Below are positions 8,818 through 15,736 of a DNA stretch of 44,002 nucleotides, piece after piece (positions within the stretch are counted from its first letter, which is position 1; every line of letters begins with the position of its first letter). Both the position numbers and the translations under genes were made by a program. Source of the stretch: Kiritimatiellia bacterium (GTDB lineage Bacteria; Verrucomicrobiota; Kiritimatiellia; RFP12; UBA1067); NCBI GenBank assembly GCA_017613085.1, contig JAGAEL010000174.1, forward strand, positions 1 through 44,002. Reading direction: 5' to 3'. The notes beneath the pieces are model-generated. The model was not told the origin of the DNA. It searched no databases and worked only from the letters and a program-made list of their open reading frames with translations.

Positions 8818-9171
8818 ATGGTGTCAAAAAGGACAAGAATGATGAATGCAGAAGAACAAATCGTTCATGACAAATTAAATCGCTACAGTGAGTATGGGCG
8901 GGCTTCCTTGGGATATGCCGGTATTGTTCTAAGCGATAGCCGTGAGAATTTCCAATATCCCGAAGAAGTCCGGCTCGAAGCTTTCGAGCAAAAATACGAA
9001 TTCCGTTTTTCCGATACGGTACGGCAGTTTCTTTTAGAGCAATTACATCGGACGCGCGGAGAACGGTTAAGGTGTATCTATGCCAATCATAATCCTCACG
9101 ACTTGGTTCATCAGGTTCAGGAGCTTATTTGGGATATGTATCAGGCAAATGCCCCTGAAACCCTCTGTTGA
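8818..9171 (+). CDS. Hypothetical protein (117 aa); faint SMI1/KNR4 (SUKH)-like N-terminal pattern
   Basis: Open frame with coding-like composition. The LEAFEQKYEFRFSDTVRQFLLE segment resembles the ligand-side motif of SUKH immunity-type proteins, but I cannot verify this. The start could be 8839 or 8842. Confidence 0.4.
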   Translation: MVSKRTRMMNAEEQIVHDKLNRYSEYGRASLGYAGIVLSDSRENFQYPEEVRLEAFEQKYEFRFSDTVRQFLLEQLHRTRGERLRCIYANHNPHDLVHQVQELIWDMYQANAPETLC

Positions 9172-9385
9172 ATGTCTCACGCCGAGGCACGGAGGCGGGA
9201 GGGCGCGTGTCCCCACGCGCCGTATCGGGAGGGGCGCGCCCCTCCCGGGGGATTTTCGCCACCTTTGTGCTCTTTGTGGCTAGAACCACAGACCAACACA
9301 GACGCGCCGCGCTTACGCTTGCGCCATTCGGAATCAAGGCGAGCGTTAGCGAAGCCTGTCCGTGTCCGTCCGTGGTTAATAAAAA
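9172..9385. repeat. Extragenic repeat locus A (composite GC-rich hairpin elements)
   Basis: Modules present:
- GGGAGG plus hairpin GGCGCGTG-TCCC-CACGCGCC (9202-9221).
- 22-bp perfect palindrome CGGGAGGGGCGCGCCCCTCCCG (9226-9247).
- CGCCACCTTTGTGCTCTTTGTGGC (9257-9280).
- Long imperfect hairpin AACCACAGACC...GGTCCGTGGTT (9284-9377).
The locus lies between convergent gene ends. Confidence 0.8.
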
Positions 9386-9431
9386 TGTCAACGTGTCAGA
9401 CCGCTAGTGGTTTGGCACATTGTTGCCGCCA

Positions 9432-10604
9432 TCAAACGACCTTGAACCCCAAGCCGCGAAGTTTCGCCGCAAGCCGCGCCGACCCGTTTTTCAGGCGGAC
9501 TTCCGTCGCGTCGAACTGGCGTCGCATCGGGTATGTCGAACGGAGCTTGTCGAACGCTTTCGCGCGTTCTCCCTCCGGGAGGCCGCGGATGTCCTGAAAT
9601 CTGCGGTGATCGGCTTCGATGTCGTAGACGGAAAGGACGAGGGGGCGTAGCAACGCCTCTTCCGCTGTCTCCGTACCCGCGCCTTTCCCGTCGAGTTCCC
9701 AGTAGGGGACGGGTGGGGGCGGCAGGATGAAGGGTTCTTCCGCCTCTACGCCCAGGAAGGAACACGCGCTCCGGTAGACGGCGGCCGTCCCGTTTACCTT
9801 TCCTTCGTAGGCGTGACCCGCGATATGCGGCGTCGTGAGATCCGCCCGTGCGGCCAGATCTGTCCGGAACGAGGGTTCTCCCTCCCAGCAGTCGATCACC
9901 GTGTGTGCGACCGTGCCGTTGTCGAGCGACGCAAGGAGCGAATCGGTGTCCAGTACCGGCCCGCGCGCCGCGTTGATCAGGATGACGCCGCGTTTCAGTT
10001 TCGCGAACGCGGCCGCGTCGAGCAGATGGTACGTCGCATCGCTCCCCTCGTCGGTCAACGGTACGTGCAGCGTGACGATGTCCGCTTCTTCCAGGACCCG
10101 TTCCAGCGGAACGTACCGTTCCGCCTCCGGATCGCCCGCTTCCGCCAGCCTCCTGCGCACGGGCGGATCGTTCCGCAGCACGCGTAGCCCGAGCGCGGAA
10201 AGGTGACGGCAGACGCGGGTTCCGACATTCCCGACGCCGACGACGCCCGCCGTCTTCCCCGCCAGCGTGAATCCCTCCTTCCCGGAAAGACGGAACAGCG
10301 CGGCGGTGATGTAGTTCGCGACGCTTTCCGCGTTGCAGCCCGGCGCGGAACACCAGGGAATCCCGCGCCGTTCCAGGTAGGGGATGTCGATATGGTCCGT
10401 CCCGATGACCGAGGAACCGTAGAAACGGATGTGGCTGCCGTCCAGCAGTTCCGGTCCGACTTTCGTGGTCGAGCGGGTGAAAAGCAAGTCCGCGTCGCGC
10501 ACGTCTTCCGCCCCGATCTGGCGTCCGGGTTTGAGCGTGACCCGTCCGAGACGGCTGAAAGCCTCACGTGCGTAGGGCATGTTCTGGTCGCAAAGAATGT
10601 TCAT
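9432..10604 (-). CDS. pdxB: 4-phosphoerythronate dehydrogenase PdxB
   Basis: N-terminus MNILCDQNMPYAREAFSRLG matches the canonical PdxB start. NAD-binding motif GVVGVGNVGTRV; D-2-hydroxyacid dehydrogenase catalytic region with HIAGH. The ORF opens with TTG at 10616; I prefer ATG at 10604, which has GAGGA 5-6 nt upstream. Confidence 0.88.
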   Translation of the reverse strand: MNILCDQNMPYAREAFSRLGRVTLKPGRQIGAEDVRDADLLFTRSTTKVGPELLDGSHIRFYGSSVIGTDHIDIPYLERRGIPWCSAPGCNAESVANYITAALFRLSGKEGFTLAGKTAGVVGVGNVGTRVCRHLSALGLRVLRNDPPVRRRLAEAGDPEAERYVPLERVLEEADIVTLHVPLTDEGSDATYHLLDAAAFAKLKRGVILINAARGPVLDTDSLLASLDNGTVAHTVIDCWEGEPSFRTDLAARADLTTPHIAGHAYEGKVNGTAAVYRSACSFLGVEAEEPFILPPPPVPYWELDGKGAGTETAEEALLRPLVLSVYDIEADHRRFQDIRGLPEGERAKAFDKLRSTYPMRRQFDATEVRLKNGSARLAAKLRGLGFKVV

Positions 10605-10612
10605 CGTCATCC

Positions 10613-11650
10613 TCAAAAGACAAGGCTCGTTTTTTTGTATTCACGAAGGGAAAGAAGCAACTCCCCGCCGTCCAGCCCGGCTTCGCGCGAAAGACGCTCG
10701 AAGAGGCGTTGCGTGGATGCGTAGTCGCCCGTGTGGATCATCGCGTAGAGGCGGAAGGGGAAGGCCGCCGAGCGTGGGCGTTCGTAACAGTGCGTGACCT
10801 CCGGGAACGCGGCGAGCCGCCGTCCCGCCTCCGCCACCTTTTCCGGGGGAAGATCCCAGCAGCACATCCCGTTCGCGTGGTATCCGGCCTCGCGGTGGCG
10901 GAGGATGAGGGCCACGCGGCGCAGGATGCCCCGTTCTTTCCACGCCCGCAACCGCGCAAGCACATCGGGCGTGGAACCGCCGGCGGCTTCCGCCGCGACG
11001 GCGTAGAAATCGCGGACAAGCGGCATACTGCCCTGCATGGAACGGATGAGCGCAAGGTCGCTCTCCGTCGGAAGCGTCACGGCGGCACCGTCGTCCTCTC
11101 CCGCCGGTGAAGGGGCGGATTCCGTCGTCTCGTCCCGTTCGCGTGTGCGGAGGTCGAAAACGACGTCGATTTTGAACCGGCGGAGGGCGGGGAACGGCAG
11201 GATTTCCACGCCGCCGAATCCGCGCCGAAGCGCGTCAAGTTCGCGTTCGAACGTTGCGGCGGGCGCCGCCAGCGTGAACCAGAGGTTGGGGTAGGGGGAA
11301 CCCTCGCCGTCCGGCAGGGATCCGGCGGGGACGCGCGTGTAGCAGTGCGTGACGCCGGGGCAGTCGCAAGCCGCCTGTGCCGCGCGTTCCAAGGCCTCCC
11401 CATGCGCAGTCGCGGCGCAGAGGACGCTCCGCCAGCCGAGACGGCGCGCGTCGAAAATACCGCCGACACGCCGGAGAAGCCCCTCCTCGCGGAGTCTCGC
11501 CAGCAACGAGAGAATGTCGTCCTCGGACATTCCCGCCGCCGCTCCGAGTTCGGCGAAAGGCCGTTCCGAGAGCGGAATCCCGCGTTGAAGCGCGGTAATC
11601 GCGGCAAGCTCCTTTTCCTCCAAACCGTACACGTCCATCCCCTTTCCCAT
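10613..11650 (-). CDS. Fused siroheme decarboxylase AhbA/AhbB (NirD/L/G/H-like, two Lrp/AsnC-type modules)
   Basis: Two tandem modules carry the family pattern: LQRGIPLSERPFAELGAAAGMSEDDILSLLARLREEGLLRRVG, then IRSMQGSMPLVRDFYAVAAEAAGGSTPDVLARLRAWKERGILRRVA. Each is followed by a VTHCY motif. The N-terminal part of the track ORF (to 11803) runs through repeat sequence, so I prefer ATG at 11650 or 11638. Confidence 0.8.
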   Translation of the reverse strand: MGKGMDVYGLEEKELAAITALQRGIPLSERPFAELGAAAGMSEDDILSLLARLREEGLLRRVGGIFDARRLGWRSVLCAATAHGEALERAAQAACDCPGVTHCYTRVPAGSLPDGEGSPYPNLWFTLAAPAATFERELDALRRGFGGVEILPFPALRRFKIDVVFDLRTRERDETTESAPSPAGEDDGAAVTLPTESDLALIRSMQGSMPLVRDFYAVAAEAAGGSTPDVLARLRAWKERGILRRVALILRHREAGYHANGMCCWDLPPEKVAEAGRRLAAFPEVTHCYERPRSAAFPFRLYAMIHTGDYASTQRLFERLSREAGLDGGELLLSLREYKKTSLVF

Positions 11651-11727
11651 AGAAAAAGTACGGGGACAATCTACCAAAGAATCCCCGGCTGGGACAGACA
11701 AAAATGAAACATGGAAATTTGTTGGGC

Positions 11728-12030
11728 GCATCCGCGAATCGTGCCAAAGCGGCAAAAACGGGACTAGTAAAAAAATAAACCACAAATTGACACAAATCGA
11801 CACAAATTGGTGACCCGGCCACTTCAGATTGGCGCAAGCGTAAGCGCGGCGTGTCCGTGTTGGTCTGTGGTTCGTTTGTTAACCGAAGATAACCTTACTT
11901 TATGTTGTCCCTTGTTGTCCTTGTTGTCGTTTTCACATTTCGGACGCGACGGGGAAATGATCTCACGCAAGACGCAGAGGCACAGAGCGGAGGGAAGAGC
12001 GGGAGGGACGGGCTTCGTCCCGTCCGTTTT
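11728..12030. repeat. Extragenic repeat locus B
   Basis: Modules present:
- Reverse-orientation 17-mer GCATCCGCGAATCGTGC (11728-11744).
- Long imperfect hairpin AACCACAAATTG...GGTCTGTGGTT (11778-11872), including 10-bp direct repeats CACAAATTGA/CACAAATCGA/CACAAATTGG (11781-11810).
- CTTGTTGTC x3 (11903-11928).
- TCTCACGCAAGACGCAGAGGCACAGAGCGG (11960-11993).
- GGGAGG plus hairpin GGACGGG-CTTCGT-CCCGTCC (12001-12025). Confidence 0.8.
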
Positions 12031-12073
12031 CGTATTTGTGTGGTTTATGTCCACGCGAGAACGGACACTCAAT

Positions 12074-12796
12074 CTACTTTTTCTTTTTTACGTCTTCCCA
12101 GATTGCCCTCTGCACGTCGTTGGTCGGGGCGGGCGCCCACCCCTCCCGGACAGCCTGATCGTATGTTGTTTTCCTAGCACTAGCAAGCCCGATATACGGA
12201 AGGGAATAGGCGATTTGTGTCAGGGAGTATGGGGAAATGGCCTTGCCCTTCATGTTGTCTAAGTCGGCAATGGAGTAAATCGGTTGCATCGCACTGAACG
12301 GGACTTGTAATGAAAAAATCCCTCCGAGTAGTTCAGTTCCCACGCGACTCAAGAGTTTTTCTGCCCGATCCAGAAGTATACGCCGTTCAGGATTTCCATC
12401 CGAGATCTGAGCCGTATTGAGGACGCCCCACTTTGCTTCGGGCGCGACAAGTGTCATTGGAAACGTCGGATCGTTGATGATAAAAATCGCGACGACCGCC
12501 TCTCCTTTTGCCTTGTTCGCGTTTCGGACATCGAAGTTCCCTGTCATTTGACGATGTTCAAAACGGAGTTTAAAGAACCCGTTGGACGGCAGAAAGAATC
12601 TTGCTATATCTTCCCGCGAAACCTTCGACTGGTAATCGTATAGCGCCACGATTCCTTGGGCAGGACTTTCCACAAAACCTCCGAATTCTTCGGCTGTATT
12701 CCCGTCTGCCCTTGCGGCGGAGAATATCACCGATTGTGACAGGGTTACTGCGAATACGATGAGGGATATAGTAGTGGTGTTTGTCATCTTGTTCAT
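12074..12796 (-). CDS. Secreted hypothetical protein (240 aa, signal peptide)
   Basis: N-terminal signal-like sequence TTTISLIVFAVTLSQSVIFSAARA. The composition is coding-like. The start overlaps the stop of the upstream gene by 4 nt (ATGA at 12793-12796). I recognise no family. Confidence 0.6.
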   Translation of the reverse strand: MNKMTNTTTISLIVFAVTLSQSVIFSAARADGNTAEEFGGFVESPAQGIVALYDYQSKVSREDIARFFLPSNGFFKLRFEHRQMTGNFDVRNANKAKGEAVVAIFIINDPTFPMTLVAPEAKWGVLNTAQISDGNPERRILLDRAEKLLSRVGTELLGGIFSLQVPFSAMQPIYSIADLDNMKGKAISPYSLTQIAYSLPYIGLASARKTTYDQAVREGWAPAPTNDVQRAIWEDVKKKK

Positions 12797-13830
12797 GGTT
12801 TTGTTACCCCATCCGCTAGTTCTTCTTTCTGGACATCGGTAAGTTCGACCGGGTTGATCCCTTCTTGTTCCAATTGCCGGTTGACCTCTTCGATGAAGAG
12901 TACAGCCTGTGTAGCATCGCCAAACCGAATCACCTCCTGGATGGCAACAGACGCGACATCCTTCTTTTGGTGAGCAAGCGTAAGCTCGTTAAGGTAATGG
13001 TCTAGGAAATCCTGTACCGTCCCTCCCTCCGCAAGATATTCCTTCAGGACGGTTTTCGCGTTGTCCACAATTTTCTTCCGTTCTGCGACGGTTTCGTCAT
13101 CGTCGTCTCCCGGTTCATTGACGGTGTCCAGAATTTCCCCGATTCTGGACAGTTCGGCGGGGGGAATGGGCGGCAAGGGGGGCGGGGGGATGTCGCCCAC
13201 CTTTGTGAAAAACACCCAATCGAGCAACTGTTCCGTTCCTGTCCGATACATCGCGGGTTCGGTTTTGCAGTTTTCAAGGAAATTTTTGAGACGTCCGTCC
13301 GTGGCTTTTCGCCTCTCGTAACGCATCTTCCGTAACCATACGGAACGGGCTTGCTCGTCCATTCCGGGCGGTTCGGGCGGGGGAATCCACGCCGACGCCT
13401 TTGCAACAGGGGCGGATGGAGGCAACGTTTCGACACTCTGCGTGGAAACTTGCAAGGATTCGCCGTATGTCGCCCCCTTCGGCGGTCGCGTGATCGGAGG
13501 CGAAAAACGCGGCGGCTTCACATACGAAGCTTTTTTGTTCGAGTTGCTGCCCGCCTCCCCTGTCCCAGCATTCCTTTCGCGTGGCAGGAAAAACCATACG
13601 CCACAGACGGCAGACAATGAAACAACAAGAGCGGCGTACCATACCCCTTTCGGCCCCCGTCCTGTTGAACGGCGCGACGATTCGATGTTCCTCGTCGCAG
13701 GGGCGATGTGGATAATACTCATGATGCCGCGCTTCTTCAGCTCGGCGAAGGCGGTATCCCGTGAATCCGCACAGAGTGTCATTTTGCGGGGGTGCCCGCC
13801 CTGATCCCTGAATGTCACATCCCAGTTCAC
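12793..13830 (-). CDS. Single-pass membrane protein with a Pro-rich extracytoplasmic region (345 aa), function unknown
   Basis: GTG start at 13830 with a G-rich SD (AGGGGGG) upstream. TM helix is VWYAALVVSLSAVCGVWFF. Pro-rich tracts are PPRFSPPITRPP and IPPPPLPPIPP. The C-terminal domain is acidic and helical. The topology resembles TonB, but I see no TonB C-terminal motif. Confidence 0.55.
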   Translation of the reverse strand: MNWDVTFRDQGGHPRKMTLCADSRDTAFAELKKRGIMSIIHIAPATRNIESSRRSTGRGPKGVWYAALVVSLSAVCGVWFFLPRERNAGTGEAGSNSNKKASYVKPPRFSPPITRPPKGATYGESLQVSTQSVETLPPSAPVAKASAWIPPPEPPGMDEQARSVWLRKMRYERRKATDGRLKNFLENCKTEPAMYRTGTEQLLDWVFFTKVGDIPPPPLPPIPPAELSRIGEILDTVNEPGDDDDETVAERKKIVDNAKTVLKEYLAEGGTVQDFLDHYLNELTLAHQKKDVASVAIQEVIRFGDATQAVLFIEEVNRQLEQEGINPVELTDVQKEELADGVTKP

Positions 13831-13847
13831 CGTTCCCCCCTATCGAA

Positions 13848-13884
13848 GAAAAGCCCGTCCGTGAGACACGGGCGGGCTTTTCTC
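13848..13884 (-). terminator. Rho-independent terminator after the PEP-CTERM gene (bidirectional shape)
   Basis: AAAAGCCCGTCCGTG-AGA-CACGGGCGGGCTTTTCT forms an 11-bp stem (13853-13863 / 13867-13877, one G-T pair). It is flanked by A-run and T-run sequences. Confidence 0.75.
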
Positions 13885-13903
13885 GTTTGAATGTCTCTCC
13901 GTA

Positions 13904-14488
13904 CTAGGCGCGTTTACGCTTCAGACCGAAAGCGGTCGCTCCGAGAAGCAGCAACGCAACCGAGCAGGGTTCGGGGACGGTCGTCCAGCCCGAAGGACCG
14001 CCAAGCCCTTGCGTATAGAATCCTCCGAAGTCAACAGCCGCACTGCCGAGCGCCGGCTGGGCGCCAGCCGTTTGAACATTCGACATGATGATATACGCCG
14101 GATCCACCCCCGTCGCGGTTGTGGCTGTATCTCCGTCGTAGTACCCCGTGGCGAGAACGACGGCGTACATATTCTTGCCTTCGTAGTCGGTCGTCGAATT
14201 GTACGTTCCAGAGAATGCCCCCGTGTTAGATCCTAACTCGGCAGAACTCACCGCCTTCGAGACCCACCCGTCAGAGACGAACGTACCGCCAGAAACCGCA
14301 GCATTCAGATTTGCCGCAGTAACCTCGTTCACGTCGACGATGAACAGGTAGGCGGTTCCCGCCGCGTAGTTCTCACTATCCGGATCCCCCCAGTCCTGAT
14401 AGATTTCACTACCAGACCAGGCGTAGGATGCAGCCTGCACAGTCGCGGCAAGCGCGAACGCACAAAACGCTATCAGTTGTTTTTTCAT
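13904..14488 (-). CDS. PEP-CTERM sorting-domain secreted protein (194 aa)
   Basis: ATG at 14488 gives MKKQLIAFCAFALAATVQA (signal peptide). The C-terminus VPEPCSVALLLLGATAFGLKRKRA has the PEP motif, a TM helix and a basic tail. The longer track ORF (to 14614) adds an unlikely N-terminal extension. Confidence 0.8.
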   Translation of the reverse strand: MKKQLIAFCAFALAATVQAASYAWSGSEIYQDWGDPDSENYAAGTAYLFIVDVNEVTAANLNAAVSGGTFVSDGWVSKAVSSAELGSNTGAFSGTYNSTTDYEGKNMYAVVLATGYYDGDTATTATGVDPAYIIMSNVQTAGAQPALGSAAVDFGGFYTQGLGGPSGWTTVPEPCSVALLLLGATAFGLKRKRA

Positions 14489-14544
14489 TTTCGTGTTCCT
14501 TTGTTTTCCCCGTGTCGCACCATGCGGCACGGGAAATGGTTTCA

Positions 14545-15453
14545 TTATTCCGCACTCGTCGGCAAGGCGGAGGGGAATACAAGCGAGATGCCGGCGGTCG
14601 GTGAGAATACCCACAACCCTTCACCGGGAGCGAGCGTCACGTCGGCAGGCGTGGTAACACCGCTGGCATACCAGCCATGGAAATTGACCGTCTGCTTACC
14701 CGCCTTGAACGAACCGTCGCGCCAATAGAGGATGGCCCCATCGGTTGCGCCCGCCGGAGTTAACTTTTGGAGGTAGATGCAATCTGTCGTGTTGACCGTC
14801 GCACCGTTCGGGACGGTATATCCTTCTGCGGCATGCGGCTCGACATCCTGAAGGTCGATTGTGGTCGGCTGGGGGTTGCCGACGGCGGTGTTATTCTGGT
14901 TGAGCGCCATATAGACATCGCCGGCCGGAACCTCGCCGCTCATCGTGAACGAACAGACGGCTCCCGCGGGGACGTACAACCAAACGGCCTGTCCGGAAGT
15001 GAGCGTCACGTCGGCGGGTGTGGTGACTCCGCTAGCGTACCAGCCGTGGAAATTGACAGTCTGCTTGCCCGCCTTGAACGAACCGTCGCGCCAATAGAGA
15101 ATTGCTCCATCGGTCGCACCCGCCGCCGTCAACTTTTGGAGGTAGATGCAATCCGTCGTGTTGACCGTCGCACCGTTCGGAACGGACGTACCCGTCGGGA
15201 TAATGTTCTGGACACTGTACGACCCGGTTCCGGGGGTAGCGGCCTGGGTGCCGATGTCTGCGAACATCGCACCAATCATCTTATTCCCACCCGCCACATC
15301 GTTTTCAGGGGTCATGTACCCGACGATGTTGGAGCTGCTGACGCCTGCGCCAAAGGCGGCGGCCGCGGCCAGGGCCGCAAATGCAGTTAAAACTCTCTTA
15401 TTCCTAACGCTATTTCTTTGTAACCCATTGCGGGGTAATGGGTTATGAGTCAA
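14545..15453 (-). CDS. Secreted protein with an internal about 60-aa duplication (302 aa), function unknown
   Basis: Signal-like segment RVLTAFAALAAAAAFGAGVSS. The block VPNGATVNTTDCIYLQKLT.AGATDGAILYWRDGSFKAGKQTVNFHGWYASGVTTPADVTL occurs twice. The only in-frame start is TTG at 15453, so the start is uncertain. Confidence 0.65.
   Translation of the reverse strand: MTHNPLPRNGLQRNSVRNKRVLTAFAALAAAAAFGAGVSSSNIVGYMTPENDVAGGNKMIGAMFADIGTQAATPGTGSYSVQNIIPTGTSVPNGATVNTTDCIYLQKLTAAGATDGAILYWRDGSFKAGKQTVNFHGWYASGVTTPADVTLTSGQAVWLYVPAGAVCSFTMSGEVPAGDVYMALNQNNTAVGNPQPTTIDLQDVEPHAAEGYTVPNGATVNTTDCIYLQKLTPAGATDGAILYWRDGSFKAGKQTVNFHGWYASGVTTPADVTLAPGEGLWVFSPTAGISLVFPSALPTSAE
14632..15181 (-). repeat. Intragenic duplication: 181-bp blocks at 14632-14812 and 15001-15181 (offset 369 bp = 123 codons)
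   Basis: The two blocks align without gaps at roughly 85-90% nucleotide identity by eye. Nearly all differences are silent or conservative. Confidence 0.85.
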
Positions 15454-15736
15454 AAACCGGAAGCCTTGTATGCAGTTGTATGCAATCGCATACCTAACTG
15501 ATTGATAGACAATGGGTTAACGATACTTTGGCCGCATCTTCGCTTGCCGCCGGACTGTTCGTGTGAAGAGGTTACCGCCCGCTTTTTGCCCGAAAAGGGC
15601 AAAACGGCAAATATTGGTTAACGGACCGCGGGGGCGGGAAGAGGCCCGGGAAGCACACGGTGAAAGTCATGGGGGCTGCCGTGTTCCCGTGGGCGGCGTT
15701 GGCCGCGAACAAATCCGTGTGAGCCACTTGCAAAAC

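Noticed and set aside
9172-9597. Short ORFs encoded by the repeat loci (for example 9172-9597, 9125-9391, 11824-12072, 15667-15900, 34102-34411)
   Set aside because: Their shared peptides (EGRAPSRP, GTRFVAS, LTTDGHGQA.LTLA, ARFADAP, KSTKVAK) arise because the same DNA repeat modules recur in either orientation. The regions are dominated by palindromes and hairpins, have no RBS, and fall between gene ends.
9388-10567. 321-aa and 170-aa minus-strand ORFs in alternative frames of pdxB
   Set aside because: They have extreme Arg/Gly content (GGRRRRRECRNPRLPSPFRARATRAAERS...). The pdxB frame has the canonical N-terminus and NAD-binding motif.
11725-11745. TTGGCACGATTCGCGG (reverse strand) read as a sigma54 -24/-12 promoter, prompted by the sigma54 activator at 1655-3016
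   Set aside because: The -24 TGGCAC is present only in this copy; the other two copies read TTTGCAC. Every copy has GG instead of the required GC at the -12 position, 12 nt from the GG of the -24 element. The nearest GC is at a spacing of 10, which is too short.
9284-11872. The inverted long repeats considered as ends of a composite transposon or IS element
   Set aside because: No transposase lies between or near them, the cargo is two housekeeping biosynthesis genes, and the repeats belong to a dispersed extragenic family also seen at other gene ends. No target-site duplication is evident.
14632-15181. The duplicated blocks considered as a template/variable repeat pair of a diversity-generating retroelement
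   Set aside because: Mismatches between the copies involve all four bases rather than adenine-specific substitutions. Both copies lie within one CDS. No reverse transcriptase or accessory gene is present in the window.
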